Counted from the first letter of the whole stretch, positions 14,391 through 27,910 are shown. The stretch is DNA of 63,531 nt, filler included, from Aduncisulcus paluster (GCA_024181965.1; 9 parts of 9 records of this genome joined end to end with filler, not necessarily neighbours in it); one strand, 5' to 3'. Numbers and translations are program-made. The notes: generated from the letters alone by a model not told the origin.

Positions 14391-15615
14391 ATGGTACGAG
14401 TTCACCTTTATACTTGCCAAAAGCTACTGTTTTACTATCAAACAAAGGGAGTTGATGAATTTCCTGAAGATTTACTAAAAATAATCACAAAATATTGTAT
14501 GTCTTGATTTACATCTTTATTCTATTCCTGAAGCCAATATATTTATTCTTAAATTTGTTTTATTAATATTTTTGTTGATTTTAGTGATGGTTCCCTTCTA
14601 TATAAGTGCTTGTTCACAACTTGGTTTGGAAAAAGATGAAGAATTGATCAAGAAATTGTTAAAGAAGCAAGAAGAGAAGGCCGATAAAATAAGAGACAAA
14701 ATTAAATATGCAGAAAAGAATTATGGTGATTCTGAAGTGACAGATGCAAAACACAAACTTATCAAGTTATATATTGCTGCTACCGAGGGTGAGAAAGCTC
14801 AAGAAGTTGAAAAAGAAGTTAATCTTGAGAAAATGGCGACAAAATTGAGATTTGATGTGGCTATTTATCACGCCTCTATTGCTTTATGTACTCTTAATCT
14901 CTCTTCTCTTAAACATTTCATTTCTAAGGCTGAATTGTTAAAAGAACACATTGATTACCAACGTAAGAACAAATTAAGTCTCTTTAGAGGTCTTTTTGCT
15001 CTTATTACCCGTGACTTTTCTACTGCTGCTACCACTTTCCTTGAATGTCTTCCAACCTTCGATTCTGACGATGTTATTACTCACAAGGAGCTTGTTATGT
15101 ATGCTGTCATCTCTTCTCTTGTAGGGTTGGACCGTAAAGAATTAATTTCCAAATGTGCAAAGTGCAGTGATGTTTTGGCCATTCTTCCACGTATTCCGTT
15201 GCTTGAAACTATTCTCAACGGAATTGTTGAGTGTAAATATGATGGTATTCTTGGTAACCTTGTTAATTTGAGTGATTCTGTTATGAAATGGGATCCTCTC
15301 CTTGTGACGCATCGTTTTTACTTCTTTGACCATGTCAGATCAAGGGCTTTCTCCCAGTTTTTGTTTGCTTTCAGAACTGTCCGCATTGAAGTTATGGCTG
15401 GGGTGTTCACAATCACGGAGGATATGCTTGTTAGGGAGTTGATGAGACTGATTGTGTGTGGTCGTCTCGCCGCCAGAATCAATGAGACATCTGGATGTAT
15501 CGAAACAATTCGAATGTTGAAAAAGGGAATGCTTACACAAGAATTGATGGAAAAGGCAAGCGAACTGACAGAAAAGGTGGAAAGATTGGCAAAGGCTGTG
15601 GTATTGGAATGGTGA
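14391..15615 (+). CDS. RPN7: 26S proteasome regulatory subunit Rpn7 (PSMD6); exons 14391-14496 and 14585-15615
   Basis: Rpn7 motifs MVPFY, AEKNYGDSEV, DYQRKNKL..FRGL, RDF..AA..FLECLPTF and a PCI end (GRLAARINETSG). Removing the GTATGT...TAG intron 14497-14584 gives an in-frame N-terminus ...DLLKIITKYL-MVPFY. Confidence 0.93.
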
Positions 15616-17145
15616 TAGAAAGATATCCTGCAAAAAGTGGATTTCACTTCATTATGAAGTTAAAATAAACAATACTTTTAAATTGATAAATTTTATAGTG
15701 GATCCTTGCTATGTTTTTGTTCTGAGCTCCTGTTCCTTGCATCCAGTTTCCATGATGTGTTTTTCATTTCATATTAATTTTATAAAGATTCTTCAAAATG
15801 TAACTAAAGGCTTAATTCTTAGATTTTCCTGAAATTTCACTCGGAAAGATGAGATTCGTCTATTTGGATATATTCTTCTTAAATTGNNNNNNNNNNNNNN
15901 NNNNNNAAGTGGATTTCACTTCATTATGAAGTTAAAATAAACAATACTTTTAAATTGATAAATTTTATAGTGGATCCTTGCTATGTTTTTGTTCTGAGCT
16001 CCTGTTCCTTGCATCCAGTTTCCATGATGTGTTTTTCATTTCATATTAATTTTATAAAGATTCTTCAAAATGTAACTAAAGGCTTAATTCTTAGATTTTC
16101 CTGAAATTTCACTCGGAAAGATGAGATTCGTCTATTTGGATATATTCTTCTTAAATTGTCATTTAAAATCTTTTAATTTCACCTTTATTATCGAAACACT
16201 GAAGAAAAATGGTCTATTATTTTCTGGAGAAAGTTTTTGAAAGGTTTTCTCAACTAGATCAAATTATATTTGATTCTCATTGTAAATCTGCTTTCAAATG
16301 ATTTTTCATTTCATAAAATGGAGATTTCCTGTCAAGAATGTTTGTATTTTCCCCCTTTATTGTGGTCCCTGTTAATTTGCCAAATTAAATTTGGTGGTTT
16401 CAACCAATGATTTTTGAATCTATTCAATGAATTATCTTGAAATTTACTCCTTTTCTTGAAACTTACAGCGTATTTCTCCCATTGAACTGTGACAAATGAA
16501 CAACATTCATTGCCATACACCAAAAATAGAAATTCTAAAAATAGATTTGTATTTCTTGATTTGTTGGATAATGCCATAATATCTGATTGAAACTTCTCGT
16601 AATGTCATAATTTTGCATATTTTGTGATATTTGCTGTATTTTTATGGTCGGGTTGCTTTGATTCGCGATGGAAAGCTTATCTATCACAGAGCACAGAAAT
16701 GCCCATAATGCCACCATAGAGACAATTTTGGAATTGAAAAATGATAAGATGTGAAATGATATGTAAAAATATCAATTACATATCTAAAAATAGAAAATCT
16801 AAAAATAGATTATGACTTTCCAAATTGTTCTTGAATGTGTTCATTTATCATTTCTTTGGAATGAAAATGGAGGTATTTGATGAGTTTGAGATCATTGTTT
16901 CAGGGTTGGTTTATAAAACGAAAGTTAAATGATCCATCGAGCTTCATATATCCATATAATCGGCATTTTAATGTGAGAATATGTGGAATATTATATCGAG
17001 CTTTCATCGAAGTTTGTGCCAAATCATTTGCAAGAAAAGATAAAAGTTTTAATTTAAAACGATAGAAGCAAAACCATTGTAGAAAAATCTACTAAAATTT
17101 ATTCAGACTCATTTCCATCTGTTTTCTGGGAAAGACTTTTTCTTC

Positions 17146-18536
17146 TTATTTCTTTTTCAATCTCCTTGAAATTGAAGCTTCTGATATTTTAAAAAAGGCG
17201 TGAATATCGTGTAATAACAAAGTCTCTTCCTTTTTAAGTTCTTCAATTTCTTGGAGGAGTTTATCGTCGAATTCATCCTCTCCAAGTTCTTTCATAACAT
17301 AATCAACTTTCTTTTGTCTATCCTGATCAGGTTCTTGACTAAAAAACTTAATTCCACCAATCTCCATACTTTCTCCTTTCTCTGTTAATATTGTCTCATG
17401 TTCAATTTCTTCCTCAATTAAGATACCAGTGTCAACTACCCACAGGGTCTCGGCAATCTCAAAATGACCCCCATTCCGTAATTTCCGACTTTCATCAACT
17501 TTCCAATTTAGTTTACGATCATCCCTGGACATTGAAATTCCTTTCCTCTCTGTCGGACAGATACATTGGGCAATGGCATCCATCAACTCTGGCAATACGT
17601 GGATTAAAACACTCTCTTTCACACCAACATTAACAAGAGCGGTGTATATCGAGAACTGATCAAAAGCGAAGCGCTGTTTCTCTGCTGCCCGGGCCTCCCA
17701 TTTCCTCTTTTCCCGCTCATTCAGATCATCTTGCTCCTTTTTCGACAGAGGAGTGCGTCTGCGTAGACGTTGACCTCTCACACGAGCTCCCAAGGGTCCG
17801 CCTACTCCATTTGCTCCTTGTTGGTTTGACATTAACTGCATGATCATTCCAATAACGGCAGGATCAGTGATATTGCCACTGTTTAATAGCTCAAGAAGTT
17901 GAGGGGGAAGGTCAGGGAGACCACCAAATATTCGACTCTCAACGGGAGATTGGGGGACGGATAGAGGCTGAGAAGGCATCTCAGGCGGAGGCAACAAAGA
18001 GATGTGATGGTCAGCAGAAGAGCTTGAGGAAGAGGGAGATTCGGATGACGTCGTGCTGTTATCTCTAAGAAAATATGAGTCTATTGTATGATCACTCACT
18101 GTTGAAGGATGGGGAGACTGCACGGGTAATGTATCATCTCCAGGTGTGGCAACAGTGGAAGGATGAGAAGGAGAACTGGGAGTATGCTGGAATAAAGAGG
18201 CTGTGGATCCATCAGTAACAGTAACAGACTGCTGAATTCCAGCATTATGTTGTCCTAAAGTATTGATAAAGGTTGTCAAAGAACCAGAACCAGACCCAAA
18301 TGGCACAGTCTCTCTGGATGCAATCATAGGATTTCCTTCATGTACATCATGTTCCTTCTCTTCCTCTTCCTCGTCGTCGTATTCTTCCTCTTTTCGACGA
18401 GAATCATAATCTTCCTCTCTTCTTTCTTCTTCCTCTCTTCTTTCTTCCTCCTCTTCCTCTCCTTTCTCTTTCTGCTTCTCAGCACTTTCTTCAAGGTCCA
18501 TGGTCTTTCTTATCATATTTAACAATTTCAAGGCTT
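17146..18536 (-). CDS. Hypothetical protein, 3' part; 5' end cut by the contig edge
   Basis: Frame of about 460 codons open to the linker, with Glu- and Ser/Pro-rich tracts. Confidence 0.7.
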
Positions 18537-18636
18537 NNNNNNNNNNNNNNNNNNNNNNNNNNNNNNNNNNNNNNNNNNNNTTAATTAATTAANNNNNNNN
18601 NNNNNNNNNNNNNNNNNNNNNNNNNNNNNNNNNNNN
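18537..18636. other. Artificial contig linker (N44-TTAATTAATTAA-N44); the same linker occurs at 21602-21701, 23943-24042, 26783-26882, 29866-29965, 55410-55509, 57773-57872 and 60831-60930
   Basis: Identical 100-nt spacer with stops in all six frames; ORFs are truncated on both sides. Confidence 0.98.
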
Positions 18637-21601
18637 TGTATGAAGCTAAGGAAACAAAGAGGAAGAGGAAGTCTGCTCTGAAGAAGAAGCTACGTGAACT
18701 TCAGAGGAGGAAAGAACATCGGGCTTTGGCAAGAAAGGGAAGAAAAGAGGCTAAACTCAATGAGAAAAAGCTTCAACGTAAACGATCTGAGCTTCAGCGG
18801 ATCCAACAAAAGGAAGAAGCCCGTGCTCGAGCGGAAGTTCAATTAATCGATGACCATGAAGAACTGGTTGCCAAACCATCAACCAATGGAAAGAAAGAGA
18901 AGGGAGCAGATGAAAAGGACGAGGAAGAGTATGAATATTACGATGAAGAAGATGAAGAAATGGAAGAAGAAGGTGAAAAGAAGGGTTCGAAACAACATAT
19001 AAAGATTATAAAAGTCGAGAAAGATGATGGAACTATCGTAGAATATGAAGAGTATGAATATTCCATGGAGGATGAAGCAGGCAAGGTTTCTTCAAGAAGA
19101 AGAAGAGGAAGAGGAAGAGGAAGAAGAAGAGGAGGAAGATTGGTCTGATTATGACTATGAAGGAGAAGGAGACGAAGGACAAGATGCTTTGGAGGATGGA
19201 TTAACTCGTGCTGACATTGAAAAAGAACTTAGAGATATTGAAGCTGCCCCCAAATCCCCCCCTCTCCCTCCTCGCCCTTCGCCACCCCTTCCTGAGATTC
19301 CCTTCCTTCCACCCTTATCGCCATCCCCTTCTCCCCCGCCTCCGTCTCCTCCTCTCTCCCCTACACGCTCTCTCTCCCCCTCTGATTCCCTCAATTCCGC
19401 CGAATGTTTGGGCCCTATGTCTCCTCGTTCAGCGTCTGCTATCGTTGCTCGCCGAAAGTACCATCGTCGAACATCGTCACATGTGTGGGAAAGGCTGTAT
19501 AACTGCTCCAATCTGCACAAAAACCACGAACGAGAAGTAGAGGAGTACAGAAAGCGTGGTGTTGGTGTTGGTAAAGGTGAGTGGGGCAAACGTATGTCTC
19601 TGCGTCGGAGGAGGGAACGTTGGCTCGAGGACGGAGATAGTGATCCTGTTGAGCTGTTTGAGTCCTCGATGTGTCTGTATGACGATGAGAACCTTCAGAG
19701 ACACCGCAGGAAAGGAGTTGGTGTGTTGGATGGATCCATTGTTGGTGTGGGTACTCTCAAGCATAGCGGGAGTATTGTTGATGATCTAGGTAATCAAGGA
19801 ATTATGGGAGAGATCGAGAAGGAAGTTATGCTTCAGATGGAGAAGGATAGAAAGAAGCAGAGTATTATATCCAAGCAAGGATCCATGCATTCTTTACCCT
19901 CACAGAAGAGTTTTGTCTCGAATACAGATGATATCGCAAAGATTATCGATCGTAGGCCTGTGGGAAGTAGTGATGACAAGACCCCTTCGTTCATATCTTT
20001 TCCATTCTATAGCTGCAAAGGACTTCAGAGTGTTGCCATCAAGGAGGAACGTGGGAGAGGCCTTGAGGTGGAGTATCAAAGAGACTTTGGAAGGGGAGAT
20101 CGCCTCTGGGGGGACGTGGGAGAAGGACTGAGTGTTAGTCAAGTACAGGTTAAGGGTACTCCTCCAATGAAATGGAGAAAGACAAAGGATGGGAGGAGAA
20201 TATTGACACCTCAGGGTTCTTCTTCTTCCATTCATTTATCTACCCAAAGTGCTCGTGTTCTTGGAATGTCTTCACGCGGCAAACTAACTGAGTCTAAACG
20301 TGGATTGACATCTGTTGGAAGTTCTGGATCAATCATAGCATCCGCTTCCAATGCTATCTCAAACGGTGGGCGAAGAAGTGTTATTGGACGTCTGTGTGTA
20401 AGCGAAAGGAAGAAAAGGGCCGGGTATATCTATGAGTGTCGCATGAGAGATCATTTACAGAGAAAGATAGCCAAAAAGGAGAAGGCGAGGAGAGAGAAAG
20501 AAAAACGAAGGATGGAACAATGGAAACGACACGTTGACACTGTGTCCATTCGTGGTGATGCACATGGTGACACCGGTCTTAATCTGTTAGCTAGGGAACT
20601 CCCAGCCGTCACTCCAGCCGATACTCCCGATCTCACGCCCAGAACCGGTGTCACAAACACGACCTCATCTTATTCAGAGCCTCACACTGATCTTTCTCTC
20701 AGTGAGGAGGAAATACGTCGAAGTCATGGAAAGTCTTCAAGTTTGGGACGTGTGACGCCAACGCCTGATAATATCATGATAGCTCCTTCGTCCGAAACCG
20801 ATAATTCTGCCGAAGTTGTTGGTTTTGGACAGTCGGCTTCTCCCGGTAGCACTCATGTGCATTCCTCTGAAGGTGCCAATATCAGGGAATCTAGATCGTC
20901 TTCCGTGACTCCGTGTCCCATTATATCATATTCCGGCAAACCTCCTGGCAGAACGATCCCAAAGACAAAGACATCTACCCCCAAAGGTCAGAGTAATCGC
21001 CCTCGTGTACCACGGACTCATGTGCCCCCATCAGGCTCTTCCTCCGTTCCCACTGATTCTTCATCGTCAAGTGTGAAAGTGATTAAGCAAGTTTCCTATG
21101 TTCCCGAGTCAAGAAGTGTCTCTCGGGATTCTTCCAATGGATACGCTGCCCAGTATGCCGAGGAAAGAAGGAAGACCGGCACTGATATGTATTCTGGTGA
21201 AGAATATGAAGAATATGAAGAATATGAAGAAGAGGAGATTGTTGATGTCAAAGGAAGACCTGCAAATTCAGTTCACACAGCAGCAGGTTCATCCAAATTG
21301 GTGGAAGAACATGAAGATGAGGGGGAATATGAATACTATGACGAGGAAGAAGAGGAAGAAGAAGAAGGAAAAGGAGAGAAGGAAGGGAAAGGAGTGAAAA
21401 GTCAGCCTTTGTCAATGAAGGATCTACAGAGTGCTCCGAAGGATGTGAAAAGATCAAAGGGATACGCTGGAAGGCAGCAGGGTGGGCATAGAAATGCGGT
21501 TGGAACTGTGGCAAGAAGAGGTGCTAAAATGGCTGTTATCGACATTAAAAATGCTGTATCTGCGGTAGCAAATCCATTAGATGATTTATATGGCCTAACA
21601 A
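18637..21601 (+). CDS. Low-complexity (Glu/Lys/Ser/Pro-rich) hypothetical protein, internal fragment with a frameshift near 19090
   Basis: ORFs 18726..19148 and 19045..21657 overlap at the start of a GAA run; coding sequence fills the whole contig. Confidence 0.65.
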
Positions 21602-21701
21602 NNNNNNNNNNNNNNNNNNNNNNNNNNNNNNNNNNNNNNNNNNNNTTAATTAATTAANNNNNNNNNNNNNNNNNNNNNNNNNNNNNNNNNNNNNNNNNNN
21701 N

Positions 21702-22786
21702 TGTTGACGACTGGATATCTGCTCTTCCTCCTCTTCATCTTTTCTGCTTTCCTTACCTCCAGCTGCAGTTCTAGATATTCTTCTACTTCCATGTAGTTTC
21801 GATATGGATAATTGTATATCATCAGTGCCACCAGTACCATCTGTGTCATCAGTGCCATCGCATTTACCTTCGCATTTACCACCAGAAACATTTTTTAGCA
21901 CAACTTCTTTCTTTTCTTCTTTCCTTCTTTCTTTCCTTTCTTCATCTTCCTCTTCCTCTTCCTTTTCTTTCTTGATTATTATTTCTCCATCAACACATAT
22001 TGTCTTTTGTATGGTTTCTTTAACCTGTTCTTCAAGCTCTCGTTCTTCCTCTTTCTCTTGTTTGACCATCAATTCTTCAAGTTTAGCTGCCCTTTTCCGC
22101 TGCTTCAATGCTATGTTTTTCCTCAGTTTCTCAGAGAATAGTGGAGAAATCACTTGAGGAAAAGTAAGAAAATGATAATCGATACAACAAATTAAATGAA
22201 GATTATCGCATAAATGTTGCATGAATTGCTCGGTATGAATGCATGGACGGGCCTTGAGAGGAACATCTTGACGCGAAAATCGACGTTTTTGCTTGGGAAT
22301 TTGAAAGGCAAGTGGAGGAGTAGATTCTCGAGGTGTAGATATATCTTCGGAGGAAACTCCTTCTTTAGTGGGCTTATCGGCACCTTGGCTTTCGTCAAAT
22401 ATTTCTGGGAAAAGCTTTTTTTCGTTAAATTCACACGTACATAGAGAACAAGAAGTCTCTTTTTTAATAACGTCAATAATAATTGGATGGGTTGTCATTG
22501 TCCCTGAATCAATTACATAACCCATTAGGTAAGGAGAAGAAAATGATATATGTAAAAAATCTAGATCATCGTTTTCGGGAATGGACTTTTCACCGTAATC
22601 AAGATTATCTTTAACAACATATAAAAAGTCACTTAAATCTGGGGGCAATGATGTTATATCGAAAAATGGAAAGGCTTCTTTTTCAATTAAGCCTTTTGAA
22701 TATGGAATATAGGAGAGTTTGGATATAAGTATTAGAAAGATGAGTCAATCCATTTATAACATTGCTAAATACATACCTGCACTCAT
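21702..22786 (-). CDS. Hypothetical protein, 5' part; exon 1 22786-22777, intron 22776-22693
   Basis: ATGAGTGCAG|GTATGT...AAAG|GCTTAATT splices in frame with ORF 21650..22648; truncated at the linker. Confidence 0.7.
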
Positions 22787-23016
22787 TTTTTCCCGATGAG
22801 TGATAAAATTACCTATGAAGACCATTTATAACTGACTCAAAAACAAGAAAATATCTTCCGCTTCAAAAGGAGATTTTTTTAGTAAATATCAATAGGATAA
22901 ATAAAATTATATGAACTTAAAATGCAAATAACATCCTAGTCCGTATGCATTTAGTTTTGTATAACCATTTTGAAGTTTTCTGGTTCATGATAGGCCTGTT
23001 TGACAATATATATAAA

Positions 23017-23942
23017 ATGGTAACCTTGTTAAAAGGCGGAAACGTTGTTTTATATTCTCATGAACGTGGTAAAAATGAATTAGTTCCATGTTGTGATGTA
23101 TTAATTGAAGGTGGCAAGATTTCAGCTGTTGGTCCCGATCTTGATTTATCGAAGCATGGATTTGTAACTCCAATCGAGACTATTGATTGTTCTGGCAAAC
23201 TGATTACTCCAGGAGGAATCGATCCACACGTTCACTTAAATTATCCACAGGGAGGCTATCGTAATTTCAGCGCTGATAATTGGTACACTGGAACCTCAGC
23301 AGCTGTTGCCGGAGGAACAACGACTGTTATTGATTTTATTGAGGCCGATCGAGTTTCTTCTGAATCATACTCCTCAGCTCTTGATAAACGCAAGAAAGAG
23401 GCCGAAGAGGGTGCCGTTGCCGATTTTACCCTTCACATGACCATGAATATGACTGATCCCACGCATTTATCTGAGATTCCCGATATTATTTCCAAGGGAG
23501 TCCGTTCATTCAAGATATACCTTGCATACGATGGTATTCGTCTCACGTCAGCCCAGTTAATCCCTGCCTTAGAAGCCATTGCCAGACACAAAGGTATTGC
23601 CATTGTTCACGCAGAAACGCATGACATGATCATGTCAGAGCAACAAAAGGTCAAATCCAAAGGGTTATCCCATCCCAAACACCACTGTGGCTGCCACCCA
23701 GCCATTGGAGAAGAACTGGCCATCCATGCATTCGGTACAATTGCTCAGCACACGGATTGTGATGGTCACATTGTCCACATTAGCACTGATCGTGGCAGTA
23801 CCATTGCTCATGAGTATGGGTGCACGTGGGAAGTGTGTCTGCATCATCTCTTGCTGGATGAGTCCCGTTCTTCAGGTGAGGACGATTTCATTCGTTCCGC
23901 ATGCCACTCCATGTCTCCTCCTCTCCGCCCTCTGTCTGATGC
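23017..23942 (+). CDS. DPYS: Dihydropyrimidinase / D-hydantoinase (amidohydrolase superfamily), 5' part
   Basis: Motifs DVLIEGGKISAVG, PGGIDPHVHL, AAVAGGTTTVIDF, SFKIYLAY (carbamylated Lys position), VHAE, VHIS and MSPPLR; truncated by the linker. Confidence 0.88.
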
Positions 23943-24042
23943 NNNNNNNNNNNNNNNNNNNNNNNNNNNNNNNNNNNNNNNNNNNNTTAATTAATTAANN
24001 NNNNNNNNNNNNNNNNNNNNNNNNNNNNNNNNNNNNNNNNNN

Positions 24043-24546
24043 AAACACGAGAAGAAACACGAGAAGAAAGACAAAAAATAGTGAAGATGTTGTCATGCTC
24101 GGTGCTGCTTCAGAGTCATCTTGGGAGGATGGGGGTGGTGAAGGAAATGGGGGAGGAGCTTCTGGAGATACTATTGACAATGGGTGATAACGAAGGACAC
24201 GATGCACCAAAACATCAGGAGAACAACATCTCACATGGTCACAAAAAGGGCAGGATTTCGCATTCTTACATAAACATCCAGAAAGGGAGCGGGAATGGGG
24301 ATCGAAATCATAGCAAGGAGAAACGGAATTCAATGGATAAAAATGGTGTGGATATGAACATATCACCTGAGATTCTTTGTCATCAAAAATAAACAAAGGG
24401 GAATTCTGAAACGATAAACATGATAGATACAAAGAATCTTCTAGAGAACAAAATAATAACTTAGAGCCACAAGGTTCGACGAAACAATTGGGCATAAACA
24501 TTTTAGATACAAAATAATCGGGTCGATTTGTAGAGAAAATAGACAT
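24043..24546 (-). CDS. Hypothetical protein fragment; may have an upstream exon near 24657-24723
   Basis: Frame open to the linker. A GTATGT donor-like site lies upstream, but I could not assign its acceptor. Confidence 0.4.
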
Positions 24547-24960
24547 TCACGACGATCGGATTTCGAAAAAGGGAAAAAGAGCTTACACGACTAAATCCAG
24601 ATAAGAATAAACAAATGATCTTGTCAAGTGGGATATAGAAGAAAATAAAACATACTTTCGATCAAAGGGGTGCCTTGGATGTTTTCAAACTGGCGATAGA
24701 GAGGAGCGTCACATTTTGACATTCTTGTAGACTCTTGGCATGGCAGAAGATCCGATCTGGGGAATAAAATTAAATGAAAATGCATTTATTATCCGCAAAA
24801 ACAGTAAATAATTTATTAGTTAAGCCAAGGATAAAAAAAAAGATCATCAATCGGTAGGATATCGTTAAGATCACATAAATCCACTGCAACGAGCATGAAA
24901 TAATATATAGTTGTAATGATATCGCATTGAATGACAGCGAACATCATTGATATTGTCGTT

Positions 24961-25255
24961 GAATCACGAACGGACCCCTTTCTTGAAGAATTCATCCTTT
25001 CGCCGTTCCCAAATCCCGCCCGTCATTCCTTTCATCGTCCGAATACACTCAATAAGAGTCCGCTTCAGCCTTTCGTCACGCACACAGCGTAACCGCACAC
25101 ACACGCCACCGACAACACATTTGATCGTCCAAATCCGGTGCGAATGGCTGACATGGTCGTTGGATTGAATCGTAATAAACTTCGCCACATTCAAACAAAC
25201 GGGGATTGACGCGAATCTAGGCAGAACAAACACTAAGAACCCAATCATCATTTTG
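24961..25255 (-). ncRNA. Candidate structured non-coding RNA, family unassigned
   Basis: Locally GC-richer intergenic island with several long complementary segments; most mismatches in two of them are G-U pairs only on the minus strand. Confidence 0.35.
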
Positions 25256-25313
25256 AAGTTCAGAATTATAATGGCAATAAATAAATTAAATTAATATAAA
25301 AATATAATCATGA

Positions 25314-26782
25314 CTATTCTCTTCGATTTATCTTGAGAGATTGTTCCCCGAATCTCCGTTTCCCAGTGATTTCCTCGGAAGATATCAATCCACTGGTCCC
25401 AATATCTCCATCTCCTTGTGTAGAGCCATCGGATGTTTCCTTCTTTTTTCCCTCAGCCTCCTCAATGAGCCACTCTGGCACGTCCTTTCTTGCAAGAGCT
25501 CTCTCGACAAGAACAATATCTTCTCCGTGCATAGTTCCATCCCTTTCTTCCATTTTTGACAGTGTATTATTATGCCATCTTTCACAGGGAGGGCCCATGG
25601 AGAGAGATATGTTCGAATATAGTGAGTAATCAGGCAGGGAATTAACTGCAAGACTGAATATCGTACAAAATGAGATGGGATTGGTCGTGGTGGAAGAGGA
25701 GGAAGAGCCCGTTGAAGAAGGAAGTTCTTTTCCCTCAATATGATCCTTAACTTCTCCATTATCTTCCTCATCCTTATTGACCTTTAATTCAGATGGAGAA
25801 TCTCTCTCTATTTCACCAGATTCAACATCCTTTCCTCCCATCCCTGCTTCATCTCCAACCCATGATGTTGACCGAACATCCACACGACATAATGATCCAC
25901 AGGCTTGTAACAGAGAATGCTGTCTCTTGATTTCATTGAGCTGTTCTGTATGATCATCAACAATCGTTGAATCACCTGCAGTAACATTGATAGACTCTTC
26001 CTCTTTTTGGAGGACATCGTTCTGACCTTGGATTGACTCAAGCAACACCATATCGCTCTCTTTTGGGCCAATCTTGATCCCACCGCATCTGATTCTGATC
26101 CAGTCAATCGGCAATGGTGTCATTGTAAACTCTGAGGAACCACGGATGGATATACGACCAGAGGTGGATGACGCTGACAATTTCTGAGTGTTGATGGAGA
26201 AAGCTTGAAGCTCATTCACTAAATATCTGAGTTTGGACTCAATTGAGGCAGATAAGGCAATGTGCTGTTCCAGAGTACGAGTGAACACAAATACAAACAA
26301 GTATGTCCGAGCACAGGAAAAAAATGGGATTGGACGATATAAGAGATCAAAGGAAGGTAACGGAGGCCGTGGAAGACTGTAAGAACTAAGGAAAGAAGAA
26401 AACAAACAAGGGGATTGACCGTTCATTTCTTTTCTCTTTTCTTGACTCTCAACTTTTTCTTCTTCCTCTTCCTCTTTTGACAATGTTTGATGATTCATAC
26501 GAGTTTCAGATTTAATATGAACTCTAACACCTTCTTCTTCCTCCTTCACTCTAGACTCTGTTTTGATCACACGGGGGGTTTTATCTTCAACTTTATCTTC
26601 TCCTTCTCCTCCTTCCCCTTCCTCCCCTTCGCCATGTTTCTTGGTTGATAGTGTCATTTGTTCTTCAAACCTCTTTCTTTCTTCTTCTAACCGCAGCATT
26701 TCACAGAGAACATATCCACGTGCCCACTCTGAACGCATCACACACACAGACGAGGCAGTGGCGTTGAATGTGCTGTTCTGGG
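25314..26782 (-). CDS. PAP1: Poly(A) polymerase, 3' part (end of the central domain plus the RNA-binding domain)
   Basis: The frame from the contig edge reads QNSTFNATASSVCVMRSEWARG (cf. PAP QNSTYNVS.ST..VM.EEF.QG), then FF...TYL...IESKLRYLVNELQ and RKDVPEWL. Confidence 0.78.
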
Positions 26783-26882
26783 NNNNNNNNNNNNNNNNNN
26801 NNNNNNNNNNNNNNNNNNNNNNNNNNTTAATTAATTAANNNNNNNNNNNNNNNNNNNNNNNNNNNNNNNNNNNNNNNNNNNN

Positions 26883-27910
26883 AACTGATGCAGAAGTGGT
26901 GGAATGAAGGAAAAGAAGGGACGGAATGGAGAAAGAAGAGAGACCATGAGAGAGAAGAAAGAGATAAGAAGAGGAGAGAAAGAGAGAAAGTGTATGAAAG
27001 ACTGGATAATCTGGATGAAAAAACAAAGAAAGATGAAGAACGATTAGTCCATGATACCATTCATGAAATTCAGCATTCGTTCCTTGGTAATACAATTTCC
27101 AGCAAAGATCCCGCAAGCAAACAACTACAAGCTACCTCTCCTTCTTCCTCCTCCTCTTCCTCCTCCTCCTCTTCTTCTTCTTCTTCCTCCTCTTCCCCTG
27201 TTAAAAAGCCTATTGTTCACCAGCGAGAGTTTGACACTGCCCCTTGCTCAGAACCTCTTGAGACAAGGAGTCAACGAGTTGTTGATAAGAGACATTGTGA
27301 GGCAAGGAAAAGACAACGCAGATTGAGTGAGAAGATTAAACGAGAAGAAGAAGCGAAAAGGAGACCCATTGTTAGTGGAGAAAAGCTATTATCGTCTCAT
27401 GGCGGAAGGCTTCAGTTCACCTTTGATGATGTGTGGTCCCAGACTTCGAGTGTACCTTCCATTAAGAAGAAGAAGGTTTCTAGGGGGAAAGAGTGTTGGA
27501 AAGACCATAGCACAAGAGTTTCTCAATCATTGATTACGTCTTCATCGTCCCCCAAACTCGAGAATGGATTATCACGTAATCTATCAACAATGACACAGAG
27601 CAGCAGTACTTCCTCTTCTTCTTCAGGGGCATCTTCTGGTGTCATGTCTTCAACTTTCTCAAGAAAATCATCAATACCTATAATTAGCGCAGAAGCTGTG
27701 CAATATGCGCGTAAAAAATCCCAATCAAAGCTTGCTTCATCAACTCCGATTGAAAAATTTAGAAAAGAAGCTCTTGACCATCGTGAAGAAAGAAGAAGTG
27801 GCAAGTCGTCATATTCACACATTGAGAAGGTTAGGAGAGGTTATAAGGGTTATCAGGGCTATAGCCGTGAAGCACAAAAGAAAAATGTACTAATGGATGT
27901 AATTATGTAG
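26883..27910 (+). CDS. Hypothetical Ser/Lys-rich protein, 3' part
   Basis: About 340 open codons from the contig edge to TAG. Confidence 0.65.

Noticed and set aside
25030-25062. 5.8S rRNA-like words (GACTCTTA, CGATGAA) on the minus strand
   Set aside because: Spacing is wrong and the other conserved 5.8S motifs and rDNA context are absent.
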